Positions 34,565-45,616 of a DNA stretch of 64,000 bases are shown here, one piece after another (position 1 is the stretch's first letter; every line of letters starts with the position of its first letter). Source of the DNA: Naegleria gruberi (Eukaryota); NCBI GenBank assembly GCA_000004985.1, contig GG738858.1. One strand, 5' to 3'. The translations under genes and the position numbers were made by a program. The notes below the pieces were generated by a model. The model did not search any database, was not told the DNA's origin, and worked only from the letters and a program-made list of their open reading frames with translations.

Positions 34565-34769
34565 GGTTGCGAGGTTGATGATGTTTTTAAAGATGTTCCA
34601 ATGTACTGAACTTTTTTTTTATTGTTCCTGTTTGATACAGCGTGACTAAAGAGTTTGCATTTGAGAAACAGGAATCAAAATAAGAGTAGACAGGTGACAG
34701 AGCCTTAATCGACTTTATTGGAGATGAAGAAGGCAGAAAATATGTTTCATCCCACAGGGTTTATTTATG

Positions 34770-36563
34770 TTATCTATGCATCAGATTGAGTGTTTCTTCT
34801 ACAATTAGATTTGGACTGGTAAGAGCCATATCAAAATCTGCATCAATTATCTTCCATGCCATTTTGGTGGAATTGTAGTAGGTAGCTAAATCTTGGTGCA
34901 TTGATAAAAAGGCGTTTGCACGTTCTTGTTGATAAATAAGAAAATCATTGCATAGAGCTGTTCCAAAAGAAAGGTAATTGTCCTCGCAAGATCCATAAAG
35001 TAATTTCTTTGATGTGAGTATACTGACTGGAATAATTGTTGAATTTGAAGAATGGAATTGCTGTCTCTTTGCTCTAATATTTATAATATTGCCTGTCGTA
35101 TTTTTCATGTCATCAAGCTCACCCCAAACAGCATTATTGAACTTGTTGATATTTGTTGTATGTTGGTTGTATTTCAGTAAAAGTTGAACAGCTGTTGAAT
35201 TTGGGAAAGATGAAAAATACGTCTTCCAGCCATTCAAGTAATATCGTTCATGGATTGTTCCTAAGGTGGAAGGGAGTTTTTGATAGAAATAATTTGAGAA
35301 ATATCTAGTAAATCCAATAGGTGTTACGAATCTAATGGTATTGGCCATATAGGCTTTCTCTTCTAACATATTGCTTATTTGAGTATCAGTTAAATTATAC
35401 ACACTACCAAGATGATATGTGTCTTGCTTTTCATGAGATGGATGCAACAAGATAACACCCCTCAAGAGTTTTCTGTGATATTCCATGACTGTTCTGGCTG
35501 TGAATGAGGCACTTGAATGTGAAATCAAAATGAATGGTGTTTTGAAAGATGCCTCTTTCACAAGTGCAATCATTTCATTCATTGTTGTATTGCTCAAATC
35601 TCTTGGAAATGGTCCCGAATCGCTGAATCCATATCCTGCTCTCTCAATCACACAAGCTCTCATTCCCTTCTTTGCCAACAGAGTGATTAAACTCTTCATA
35701 TAAGCATATGGTGATGCAACTCCAATATCTGAATCGAGAAGCACTGCATCTTCACTTTCAGAATCTCCTTCACAATACATGTGCATATTCAGTGTTTGAG
35801 CACTCGAGGGTTTAATGCTGTACATGGTTCCAGGGACTTTATATTCATCCTGTGTTATCGAAACTGATTGGACTGTAAACATGATGAATAAGGCACAAAC
35901 TAAAGCCATAAATGTATAGACTAGAAGCTTGATGACTGTTGTAACTCGACAACAAATTCTGGTTCTGAAAAAGCTTTCTTCTCCATACCATTTTTCTTCC
36001 TTCAAATCGAATATTATTGTATTTGATTTTCTAAATTTCTTGAATTGATGATATGCAATTACAAGATATGAAATTGGAGAGATGACAAAAAACAGGCAAA
36101 GCCAACCAGAAAGTCTCTCTCTATTCTCACTATAAAGTCCATAACAAACCCAATTAATCAAACTAGAGATGAAAATAAGTACTCCCCAAAATATTCTCGC
36201 AAAGAGAGCCATGCTATATCCGTCAATATTAATTTGACGAGTTAAATTATCCTTAATAAGTCCTTTCTTTTCAATAAAAGATACAATCCTCTTATACCAT
36301 CTCAATAAAAATAAAGGTCCGAATAGATCAAAAATGAATGTTAATGAAAAAACCATTTGAAATGCACTTGTCCACACAACAGTAGTAGGAGAACCTGCAG
36401 TAAAATATCCTATTTGATCAGAATTACTATTATCCATTGAAATTCCAAACACTACTATGGAGGATAATGCACAAAATAATATTGTTAGAATTGCAACTTT
36501 GTAAATTGCTCCAATTATTCCCTTCTTGGTCTTTTTAGTCTTCTTCTTTGTTGGCTTTTCCAA
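34770..36563 (-). CDS. Membrane-anchored alpha/beta-hydrolase-fold protein, paralog A (N-terminal multi-TM region plus AB-hydrolase-1 domain), intronless
   Basis: ERAGYGFSDSG (the DxRGhGxS-type block) and nucleophile elbow ISHSSAS. Five N-terminal TM helices. Confidence 0.65.
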   Translation of the reverse strand: MEKPTKKKTKKTKKGIIGAIYKVAILTILFCALSSIVVFGISMDNSNSDQIGYFTAGSPTTVVWTSAFQMVFSLTFIFDLFGPLFLLRWYKRIVSFIEKKGLIKDNLTRQINIDGYSMALFARIFWGVLIFISSLINWVCYGLYSENRERLSGWLCLFFVISPISYLVIAYHQFKKFRKSNTIIFDLKEEKWYGEESFFRTRICCRVTTVIKLLVYTFMALVCALFIMFTVQSVSITQDEYKVPGTMYSIKPSSAQTLNMHMYCEGDSESEDAVLLDSDIGVASPYAYMKSLITLLAKKGMRACVIERAGYGFSDSGPFPRDLSNTTMNEMIALVKEASFKTPFILISHSSASFTARTVMEYHRKLLRGVILLHPSHEKQDTYHLGSVYNLTDTQISNMLEEKAYMANTIRFVTPIGFTRYFSNYFYQKLPSTLGTIHERYYLNGWKTYFSSFPNSTAVQLLLKYNQHTTNINKFNNAVWGELDDMKNTTGNIINIRAKRQQFHSSNSTIIPVSILTSKKLLYGSCEDNYLSFGTALCNDFLIYQQERANAFLSMHQDLATYYNSTKMAWKIIDADFDMALTSPNLIVEETLNLMHR

Positions 36564-36620
36564 ATCAAAGAAAGTATATCTATTAATATGAAAATGTTAT
36601 AAAATCATGCAAAATAAAAC

Positions 36621-37346
36621 CTACACAACTGGTTCTTCATCTGCTTGTTCCGTAGTATTTTGAAAAACAGAGAAGAGGGTTTTCTTTTTTGGTTTTTTTA
36701 CAATGGTACGAGTTGAACATCCATCCAAGTCAATGCTGTTAGTACTGTGAAAGCCATGATCAAAGGGGAATTTATGATGTTTTTGCATTTCATTTCTTCC
36801 TTCTCCATGTTCGACAATATCCGATAGTGGTGAATGTGTTTCACCTCCTATTTTAACTCTCAACAACTCTTTTGCTGTAATTATTGCATTATCCTCTAAA
36901 GGATGAGAATTATTTGGCACACGTACGACAGTGTCGCTCAATCCAAGAGAAATTGGTGAAAGGCCTTCAGGTAAGGATGTATTGGATGTATTCTTTTGAT
37001 TATTATTTAAATTGCATGTAATGTGCGTATCATGACACCCCTTCTCAGATGTTGGAGTAAAAGAAACACCATCACTCCTATTGCAAGACTCACTATCACC
37101 ACTTGGTGTAGAATTACTACTATTGCTATTACTATTACTACTGTGTGTATTGATAATAATTTGTGGAGGAAGTGTGGTTTCCATCATGATCATAGAGTCA
37201 TGATGTTGAGTGATATTGGTTATTCCTTCATCATGATGATGATGCTGAGGTAACGGAGAGGAGGAATGCCTTCTAGTCTGTTGTTGTCCTTCTGATGATG
37301 AAGATGAAGAAGAGGAAGGTGTTGAAATTGAATTGAACATTTTCAA
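36621..37346 (-). CDS. Hypothetical Ser/His-rich low-complexity protein (241 aa)
   Basis: Single ORF with poly-Ser and SNS repeats. Weak coding evidence beyond ORF length. Confidence 0.35.
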   Translation of the reverse strand: MKMFNSISTPSSSSSSSSEGQQQTRRHSSSPLPQHHHHDEGITNITQHHDSMIMMETTLPPQIIINTHSSNSNSNSSNSTPSGDSESCNRSDGVSFTPTSEKGCHDTHITCNLNNNQKNTSNTSLPEGLSPISLGLSDTVVRVPNNSHPLEDNAIITAKELLRVKIGGETHSPLSDIVEHGEGRNEMQKHHKFPFDHGFHSTNSIDLDGCSTRTIVKKPKKKTLFSVFQNTTEQADEEPVV

Positions 37347-37701
37347 AGATGTAGTAGTAGACTTGTTGAATACAACAACACACTAATAATTCAGCTATAA
37401 TTTTATGCTTTAATGATGGAAATGCTATTCTTGATGATGCTTGCCAAACAATAATGGCTCATATCATCTATGATATTGGTGAATGGCTGGTTTTTTTGAG
37501 TGGATTTATTTGGTGGTGAGAGGAAAACGAACTGTGATCAGCCACAAACTGATGCGGTTAAGGCATTGAAGAATTGTGAACGAAAAATTTCATTTCAAAG
37601 CCTTCTTGCAAGCTGTGTTGTGCTGAGAACGAAAAATCAACAACAAAAAATATAAGAAGAGGAAACGCCCCTTCAATATCTATGACTGCCCTTTGAGTTT
37701 T

Positions 37702-39570
37702 TCAAAAATCTTGAAGAAAAGGAAGTATTAGTTCGGGATGATGTAAAGCAATATCATAATCCGAGGGGATGTGTTTCCAGGAGACGGAGTAGAGCTTGGG
37801 TTGATTTTTGTAAAAATTGAAGAGATCTTGATGGAGGAGTTGGATGATGAAAGATCTTTGGAATTGTTTTTGGAGGAAATCTTGGCAAATTGATGAACCT
37901 TCTGGAAAGAAATTTTGGCTACAATTTCCATTGAGAAGATAGCTTGATGTGAGGATGATTAGAGGGAGTGGTTTTGTTGAATTGGACATTGTTTGTGGAT
38001 TTTCTCTATTATGGATGATCTGCTTATTATTGAATGGGATGGATTTCAACTCACTCCAAACAGTGTTCGTAAATTTGTTGCTATTGAGAACACTATCGTA
38101 AATTTTCAATAATGTTGAATTAGTGAAAGATGGATAGAAGTACTTTTTCACACCATTCATATAATATCTATCATACCAATTATCCTTTTCATTTTCCTCC
38201 AATAATCCAAAAACTCGAAATATTCCAATAGGAACCAGCATTCTAATGGTATTCACATGGCTTACTTCAGTATTGTAGTGTTCCTCTACTGTTTCATTCT
38301 TGACAAATGTTCTCAGTAATGATTCTTCTTGCTTTTCATGAGATGGATGCAACAAGATAACACCCCTCAAGAGTTTTCTGTGATATTCCATGACTGTTCT
38401 GGCTGTGAATGAGGCACTTGAATGTGAAATCAAAATGAATGGTGTTTTGAAAGATGCCTCTTTCACAAGTGCAATCATTTCATTCATTGTTGTATTGCTC
38501 AAATCTCTTGGAAATGGTCCCGAATCGCTGAATCCATATCCTGCTCTCTCAATCACACAAGCTCTCATTCCCTTCTTTGCCAACAGAGTGATTAAACTCT
38601 TCATATAAGCATATGGTGATGCAACTCCAATATCTGAATCGAGAAGCACTGCATCTTCACTTTCAGAATCTCCCTCACAATATAGATGAAGGTTAATTGT
38701 CTGTGTGTCTTTGGAATATAAGGGCACCTGAACTGTTTGACCTGGCATGCTTTGAATTCCTGCCAAGATAGATACAGCCTGAATAACACAACCTATTAGT
38801 ACCACAATTAGTAGAGTTGTAAATATTAACACTGAAATATGGGCTGCTTTCATGAAGTATTTCATTATGGTTGATCTTTTAGAATACAAAAACAGATAGA
38901 TTTCATGGCAATTTTGTGTCTTTTTGTGCTTATGCTTTCCAAATTTTTCCTCATAGTATTCCTTGACATACCTTCCTTTAACAAACTGGTAATATTTTGT
39001 TAACAAATCAAAGATTACATTACTTACTTGATATACAATCACTAGAATATATGCAATCATTGGAATTAATCCAGAGAATGCAAACCAACCAGTCAATCTA
39101 TCTCTACTCTCCTTTACAGTATATGAAATCCAAATAATGGAAAGCAATAGCATTGTTACAATGGTAATTAATAATTTGATAATTAACATCAGAATAGAAG
39201 TATCCCATGATAGATACATGTAATTTGTATAATTAGTAACAAAAATCTTTTTCCTTTTAATACTAAATCCCATCATACAGCCCATAATTGGTATGAAATA
39301 TGAATCAATAATTAATAATCCAATGTAAAATAGCATTACAATAGAAATCCAAAATATTGTAACTGGTGATCCACTTGTATAAAATCCACTATTCGACACT
39401 ACATTAGCAGCACTAACAGACATTGTAACTATATATGAAATCAAAAAGAATATCAGTGTTATAGTGCTAATTTTGTACAGTGAATGAAAAATCTTCTCCA
39501 CATGTTTGAGTTCACTCGGCTTGGAAACAATTTTTGGACTTGTACTAATTGGAGAACCTTGCATTTCCAT
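37702..39570 (-). CDS. Membrane-anchored alpha/beta-hydrolase-fold protein, paralog B (tandem duplicate of 34770-36563)
   Basis: Same architecture as paralog A. A central 117-aa block is identical to paralog A. The flanking regions are divergent. Confidence 0.65.
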   Translation of the reverse strand: MEMQGSPISTSPKIVSKPSELKHVEKIFHSLYKISTITLIFFLISYIVTMSVSAANVVSNSGFYTSGSPVTIFWISIVMLFYIGLLIIDSYFIPIMGCMMGFSIKRKKIFVTNYTNYMYLSWDTSILMLIIKLLITIVTMLLLSIIWISYTVKESRDRLTGWFAFSGLIPMIAYILVIVYQVSNVIFDLLTKYYQFVKGRYVKEYYEEKFGKHKHKKTQNCHEIYLFLYSKRSTIMKYFMKAAHISVLIFTTLLIVVLIGCVIQAVSILAGIQSMPGQTVQVPLYSKDTQTINLHLYCEGDSESEDAVLLDSDIGVASPYAYMKSLITLLAKKGMRACVIERAGYGFSDSGPFPRDLSNTTMNEMIALVKEASFKTPFILISHSSASFTARTVMEYHRKLLRGVILLHPSHEKQEESLLRTFVKNETVEEHYNTEVSHVNTIRMLVPIGIFRVFGLLEENEKDNWYDRYYMNGVKKYFYPSFTNSTLLKIYDSVLNSNKFTNTVWSELKSIPFNNKQIIHNRENPQTMSNSTKPLPLIILTSSYLLNGNCSQNFFPEGSSICQDFLQKQFQRSFIIQLLHQDLFNFYKNQPKLYSVSWKHIPSDYDIALHHPELILPFLQDF

Positions 39571-40003
39571 TTAGTTATTATTCTCAAAGAACATACTATT
39601 TTCAAATTGATCAGTTTCCTTGACTACCTTTGGATTTTTAAGTCTAGGAATATTCCACAGACTTTTCCACCTCCTCAATCCTTTATTATTTGGTTTTACT
39701 GCATTTTCCTCTTTATTCGGAGTGATTTCTGTCTGCACACTTGGTGTTCCGAGAGTTGCATCCGATGAACACTCTTCTTGATTCTTTAAAGTATCAACAC
39801 TTCCAATCATTCTATTTTTTGTCGATTTGGCTTATAAGTTTAATCGACAAATTTGGAAATTCTCTTTTTGGAAATGCAAGAGAACATTGTTAGTAATTCT
39901 AAAAGGAACTTAACTTTAATGTAACTAATTCTATTTGAACAACAGTATCCAACCATATTTAAGGATAGCAATTTTTAGATTCTCTGGATAACAACAAAAC
40001 AAA

Positions 40004-41629
40004 ATGAAATTAATTCTCATAGCTTTATTTGCAGTACTTGCATGTTTAGTTGCATTGACAAGTTGTGAACATACTATCAAAACCAAGCAATTATCCAAAG
40101 ATTCTCTTGTTTTGGAATCAACCAACAGCAATGAAGATACAATTGAATTCATGTTCAATAATGCCGAGCATTTTCCATTGATTGGAGTTAAGCTTGTTCG
40201 TCAAGCTCCAACCAGCACCAATCAATCATCCAGTCAACAAGCTAGTCAGAGCGGATCTCAAAGTCAACAATCTGGCAGTCAATCTTCTTCACAAACAACA
40301 CAACCTCAACCTCAATCATCCACCAGTCAAATGCAGCAAGAACAAGCAAATGGTACTGTTTCAGCCTCCCAACAGCAACAGCAACAATCCAATGCTTCTT
40401 CACAAGCAGCAAGTCAACAATCTTCTCAATCATCTAATCAAACTCAAACTGTCGAGAAGCAAGACAATCCTCAAGCACAAAGCACTTCACAAGCAGGAAG
40501 TCAAGGTACAGGCAGTTCATCCCAAGCTACTACTCCTCAATCTGGTAATCAAAATAGTACCGCAAGTTCCACTTCCACTTCACAAAGCTCTCAACAAGGA
40601 TCCAGTAGTTCTTCCCAATCCACTGCTCAAACTAATCCTGTCTCTCAAGATAACTCTTCAATTTCTGGCGATACTCACATGGACTTGACACCAAACGTTA
40701 CTCAATCTGTCGGTCAAGGCAATGTTTCATCTACACCATCTGTAACTAACGTCAATACTACCTTGATTAATGAAACTCTCCAAAATATTGGTATCAGTAA
40801 TTCTACTGCATCAAAGGATATTAATATTACAGATATAATCGGAAGAATAATTAGTGGAGAGAACATTACTGAGATTATCAATAGTACCTTAAGAAATTTA
40901 ACTCAATGGCTTAACTCTACACTGAGCAATGATACGGATGACAGCTCTCAAACATCTCAACAATCCAAGAGAGGGTCACTTCGTAGAAGACTTCTTTCCC
41001 TCCTTGAAGAAAATGAAGAAAATGAAAACTATGCTCAATATCTCAAATTTAACAAGCTCAAGCTTATGTCAAGTGAAGGTGAAACTGTCAAGGAAATTCC
41101 ACTTTCAGATGCAAATATTCACTGGAATTATGGCCACTCCGTTGTAGTCAATAATGAGCAAGCATTTAAGGTTCCTCACGTTGATGTTGAAATTCCTCTC
41201 TCATCTTCCAGTAATAGACCATCACTCAAGATTAGAACCATGATGACTGAGGCACCATCTCATATTGAAAGAAATGGTAGGGATATTCAGTTGAATCCAA
41301 GATCTATGGATATTCAAATTACTTTGAACAACCTCCATGATTTATTATCTGAAAAAGAGAAGAAGCTATCAGGTGCTAAATGGACCATAGAAACTGAATT
41401 GACATCCACAACAAATTCATTGCACTTGATGCAAACCAAGAACCTGAACGGTGTTCAAAGAGTTGTTGTAATGGGTAACAATTTCACTCCAAAAGGCCAA
41501 TTTACTTTTAATTCTTCCCCTAATATGAAAGTTATCCAAGATTCTGACAATGACGACCTTATCTCTATTCAAATTCAAGACTCATCCAACTCAATTCAAC
41601 TCAACCCAATCAAATTTGGTGTGCAATAA
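40004..41629 (+). CDS. Secreted Ser/Gln/Thr-rich mucin-like protein (541 aa)
   Basis: Signal peptide MKLILIALFAVLACLVALTSC. About 200 aa of SQ/SS/QQ low-complexity sequence. Many N-x-S/T sites in the C-terminal half. Confidence 0.6.
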   Translation: MKLILIALFAVLACLVALTSCEHTIKTKQLSKDSLVLESTNSNEDTIEFMFNNAEHFPLIGVKLVRQAPTSTNQSSSQQASQSGSQSQQSGSQSSSQTTQPQPQSSTSQMQQEQANGTVSASQQQQQQSNASSQAASQQSSQSSNQTQTVEKQDNPQAQSTSQAGSQGTGSSSQATTPQSGNQNSTASSTSTSQSSQQGSSSSSQSTAQTNPVSQDNSSISGDTHMDLTPNVTQSVGQGNVSSTPSVTNVNTTLINETLQNIGISNSTASKDINITDIIGRIISGENITEIINSTLRNLTQWLNSTLSNDTDDSSQTSQQSKRGSLRRRLLSLLEENEENENYAQYLKFNKLKLMSSEGETVKEIPLSDANIHWNYGHSVVVNNEQAFKVPHVDVEIPLSSSSNRPSLKIRTMMTEAPSHIERNGRDIQLNPRSMDIQITLNNLHDLLSEKEKKLSGAKWTIETELTSTTNSLHLMQTKNLNGVQRVVVMGNNFTPKGQFTFNSSPNMKVIQDSDNDDLISIQIQDSSNSIQLNPIKFGVQ

Positions 41630-42192
41630 TCAAAAGTGTTATCCCTTCACCTTTTGAGAATTTTGAGAGCAAACAACTACACTTGTGAGCAATATTCTAA
41701 TAAAACTACTTGCCATTACTTACACATTTATTTTTTGAATTCACATCAACCTCAATAATTTCATAATAACATGTGTCCTGGTTCACTCAACCTTTCCACT
41801 TTGTGAACAGTCTCTTGTAAATGGCCTCGAGTGAACAGTTTGGAAACCTCACAAAGCAGCTGTATCCTGACAAAAAAATCCTCTTCGGTAAACTGCTCCC
41901 AAACATATCAACTCGCATACTTCATCCTGTCACCTAACCGTCTCCTGTCAACGCCCATCAATAATTTCGTTAAAACATTTTTAAAAAAAATTCACCTCAC
42001 GTGAACCAAACACACACAGAGTGAAAACCTAACTTTCTCTAGATAAAAAACCTATCGAAGATTCTATTTGTTCCTGTTGATTAGCTTCTTCACACTATAA
42101 AGAAAACAAAACTTTGGAACCTCCTTTTATTTACCGCCAAAATTTACAATTTCTCCTTTCCTTTCTATTTGCTCCAATAACAACAAGAAAAA

Positions 42193-42420
42193 ATGGCCAA
42201 CCGTATGAATGACTTTGTCCTGCAGCAATTATTAGCTGAAAATCAGAGACTTCAACAAGATTTGGATTCCTGTCGAAAGGCTATACCCATTTCTGAGGCT
42301 TGTAAAACCCTGATTGAATATACTAATGAACACAAAGTTAAGGATATGTTGGTTACCTCTGATCCAACCAATCCATATCTGAATCCTCCAAAGGATGGAG
42401 GTTGTTGTATGATCATGTAA
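42193..42420 (+). CDS. Heterotrimeric G-protein gamma subunit (GGL domain) with C-terminal CAAX box (CMIM)
   Basis: 75 aa. Coiled N-terminus LQQLLAENQRLQQDLD. DPTNPYLNPPK loop region. Terminal CCMIM prenylation motif. Confidence 0.65.
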   Translation: MANRMNDFVLQQLLAENQRLQQDLDSCRKAIPISEACKTLIEYTNEHKVKDMLVTSDPTNPYLNPPKDGGCCMIM

Positions 42421-42747
42421 TTTTATTATAATAATAATAGTTGAAGAAGAAGGAGAGCACGTTGTTAATGTGTACTCACATTATTGCAAGATTACCTATG
42501 TTACTTCTTTAATATTACTATTACTATTATTATTTATTTTACATGTTATCATTCCATATATTCTACTACTTTTGTAAAACTGACAATTAGTTTTACTTTT
42601 TCCACCTTGCTAATAGTTTTTCACATCTCTCAGTTGTACACATAATAATATTAAAAAACTCACATTATAATTTCTTCTCTTGATGGATATTACGAGAATA
42701 ACATTCGATGAGAGTTTAGCGATGCCGAACCTATTCGAAACTTTATT

Positions 42748-43383
42748 TCACTTAAAGTTTTTTCTTGGTCTACCAACTCCTCTCTTCCCAACCAAACGAC
42801 ATTTGTCCCTCATCATATCGACTGTATCATTACAGAAAGTTGTGGTAGTCATGGTGAAGAGCATTGAGTTCATCTGGTTGGCGTTTTGCTTTCTTGTCTT
42901 GAATTGTTTAGAGATTTTCGAGTTGTTGACACTTCCACAGCAACTGCTGTCATCAGAGGATGATATCATGGCAGGAGAAGTTCCAACCGATTGCTTATTA
43001 ATTTCTGGTGTTAATGTACAAGTTAACCCAATTGGGTAATCAGGAATTTCGTTATTATTTTCGTTAGTTTCTGTTGAGTCGGTTAAGAAATAATTAGTCT
43101 GCTGTTGTCGTTCAGTAGTTTCAAAATAGTGATGATCTGGTAATGACCAAGGAGTAGATAATTGCTCTTGTGCATTCAACATTTGGAAACCATCATTGAA
43201 AGCAGTTGAACTGTTTGGAAAGTATTTCATCAAAACAAACTGCTGTAGTATTTCAATTGTATGGGGAGGAAGATTTTCTATGAGCTGTTGGAGAGTTGAG
43301 CTGTCCAACGAAGTGAATGTGGAATCTGTTGAGCTTGATTGCATTTGATTTAATGACAATTTATTTGCTTGTTGAATGGTCAT
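42748..43383 (-). CDS. AT-hook-containing protein, paralog 1 (211 aa)
   Basis: C-terminal KRGVGRPRKNFK AT-hook. Q/L-rich N-terminus. Confidence 0.5.
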   Translation of the reverse strand: MTIQQANKLSLNQMQSSSTDSTFTSLDSSTLQQLIENLPPHTIEILQQFVLMKYFPNSSTAFNDGFQMLNAQEQLSTPWSLPDHHYFETTERQQQTNYFLTDSTETNENNNEIPDYPIGLTCTLTPEINKQSVGTSPAMISSSDDSSCCGSVNNSKISKQFKTRKQNANQMNSMLFTMTTTTFCNDTVDMMRDKCRLVGKRGVGRPRKNFK

Positions 43384-44059
43384 ACTTGAACTGAGAATGT
43401 TTTCATCATAACATCTTTGCTCATTATTGTAAAAGTAACTTTCGAAAGTTGATAATTCGATGAAAATGGAAATACTGATGTTGGTTGTTAATGCACGTGG
43501 GAAGACACAAAGTGAGAGATCTTCCTTTGTATTTTGATGGATGTATTGAGAAAATAAACGTGGTTGAGGAGAGATATCATGAAGTTCTCAGATAATGATG
43601 GAGCAAATAGAAATTGGTCATGCTGAGCAGAAAATGATAATCGGATTTCTGTTTAAAAGATAGTAATGCTGTTTATCAATTAAACACGAAACTCATAAAA
43701 TCTACTTAACAAGAAAGATTCCAAACGAATGACAGAAAAATAGCCATAACAAGATTTTAGATGTTATTCTCTCGATGGAACTCGAATTAGGGTTATTTCT
43801 TGCATGTTGGAATACATAAGAAGAGAAGTTTCAACTGGTTCAACTCTTCGACATGTATATAACCTGAAAGCTTTTCATTTTGTTGTATTGAAAGCCTTCC
43901 AATTTCTCTTTCAATGATGTAAAAGATTGGCTAGAGATTTCTTCCTTGGTTTATGAATTGAATGATTGCCAATGATATTGGTGATGAGATAATTTCGTCA
44001 AGTTTGTACATACTTTAATATAACCAAATATAGAACTTGTGTAGATTCACTCAAAACAG

Positions 44060-45136
44060 TTATTGTTTATTAAAATGTACATGATGAAAAGCGCTTTTCA
44101 TGTAAAATGAATTTGTCGATGATTGATTTTGAGATTGTAAAGTTTCGTCTGGTTGTTTTCTTGGTCTTCCTCTTCCTCGTTTCTCCGTGTTAGTTAGTTT
44201 CTTCTTGAGGGTGTCCACAGTATAGTTACAAAACTGATTCAGTAGCAATTCCTTATTGTTGTTATTGTTAGTTTTTAAAGGAGTTATTAAACTATTAGAA
44301 TGTATATCTGAATGGTTTTCTGAGAGAGTTTGTTTTGATATCTTTCGTTTCTGATGGATTTCTTCGTGATTACTCTGTTGTATTGTAGCGGATTGTTCTG
44401 TTGTGGTCGGCGCTTCGTCAATTCTCTTTCTCTTCTTGGTGCTCTCATTATTAGAGTCTGAAATCTTATTCGAAAGCAACGAAGAATGGGAGGAATCAGA
44501 GTGATGTCCCTCCTTAACAGCCATATGAACTGTGTTACAAAATTCTTCCTTAACAGGAATATTCGATTCATGATTTTCAGGTTTAGTCTCATGTTTCAAA
44601 TTCGAATTTAAAGAATTCAAATAGATAATCTGATCAATCAAATCAACCAGTTGAGCAATCATTAACTGATTATTCAATGCATCTTCTGAATTGGAAATAT
44701 ATTTCAAGGTACTTTTTAAACGATTCGATTCGATGCAGTTCAAAATTTGTTCAAAATTGGAATTACTGAATATTGGAGTGGAGAAATTGTTTGTTGTAGG
44801 TGGAGAAATTAATGTAGTGGAATGACTCGAATAAGGTTTCGAATAGTTTTGATCAGTGTTTGTAGAGATGTTGGAAGATGAGCTCGTGCATGTTTGGTGG
44901 GATAACATGGAAGATGTTTGAATACAATAGTTATTGGAAATGTTATTGGAAGGTTGTGGAAAGGATAATTGATTCGGCAATAAGAATTGTTGTGGAGGAG
45001 GTTGGATAACAGGAAGACTTGTTATTGGGCCACATATTTCGTCCATTGAATTTTGTTGAAGTAATTGTTTCATCATTTCCATGACTAGTTTCGTACTAAA
45101 ATCGTTCATATTGTAAAGGAGCTGTTTCTTGATCAA
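44060..45136 (-). CDS. AT-hook-containing protein, paralog 2 (358 aa)
   Basis: C-terminal KRGRGRPRKQPDE AT-hook. LLQQN N-terminus. Ser/Asn-rich middle. Confidence 0.5.
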   Translation of the reverse strand: MIKKQLLYNMNDFSTKLVMEMMKQLLQQNSMDEICGPITSLPVIQPPPQQFLLPNQLSFPQPSNNISNNYCIQTSSMLSHQTCTSSSSNISTNTDQNYSKPYSSHSTTLISPPTTNNFSTPIFSNSNFEQILNCIESNRLKSTLKYISNSEDALNNQLMIAQLVDLIDQIIYLNSLNSNLKHETKPENHESNIPVKEEFCNTVHMAVKEGHHSDSSHSSLLSNKISDSNNESTKKRKRIDEAPTTTEQSATIQQSNHEEIHQKRKISKQTLSENHSDIHSNSLITPLKTNNNNNKELLLNQFCNYTVDTLKKKLTNTEKRGRGRPRKQPDETLQSQNQSSTNSFYMKSAFHHVHFNKQ

Positions 45137-45616
45137 GAAAAAGTGATACAGTTAGTGTGTATTGTCGAGTAAATGCTCTTTGTGTGGTTTTTTTGTTGAT
45201 GTATTTTACTACTACACTGTTTGAGCTCCTGTTCTTGAGATTTGGAAATAATATTAATTAAGATGCAAACTTTAAAAATTCCAAAAAAGAAACATGAAGA
45301 TCAAAAATGAATCAATGCAACTTTTTTGGATGAAAAAGCAAATTTTTTTTAAATATTGATAAGGAAGGCATTATGGTAAATGGCTATCAGGATTTCCAAG
45401 ATTGTATTTTTGACGAAACCACACTAAACCTCAGAAAATAATGAGCTGAAGTGCAATCTTAATTGATGTTTCACTTTTCTGAATGACATAATCGATTGTT
45501 TAGGAAATTGCCTTCTCCAGTTTTAAATTTGTTATTTGGTAAGGTTAATATTCTGATTACAATTAATTTAATAGTTACAATAACAAATAATTGAATGTAA
45601 TAAAATTAAAAAAAAA

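Noticed and set aside
35485-35703. Identical 72-aa plus-strand ORFs at 35485-35703 and 38390-38608 as a duplicated small gene
   Set aside because: They are antisense to the conserved catalytic core of the two hydrolase genes and simply reflect the identical gene-conversion tract, not independent genes.
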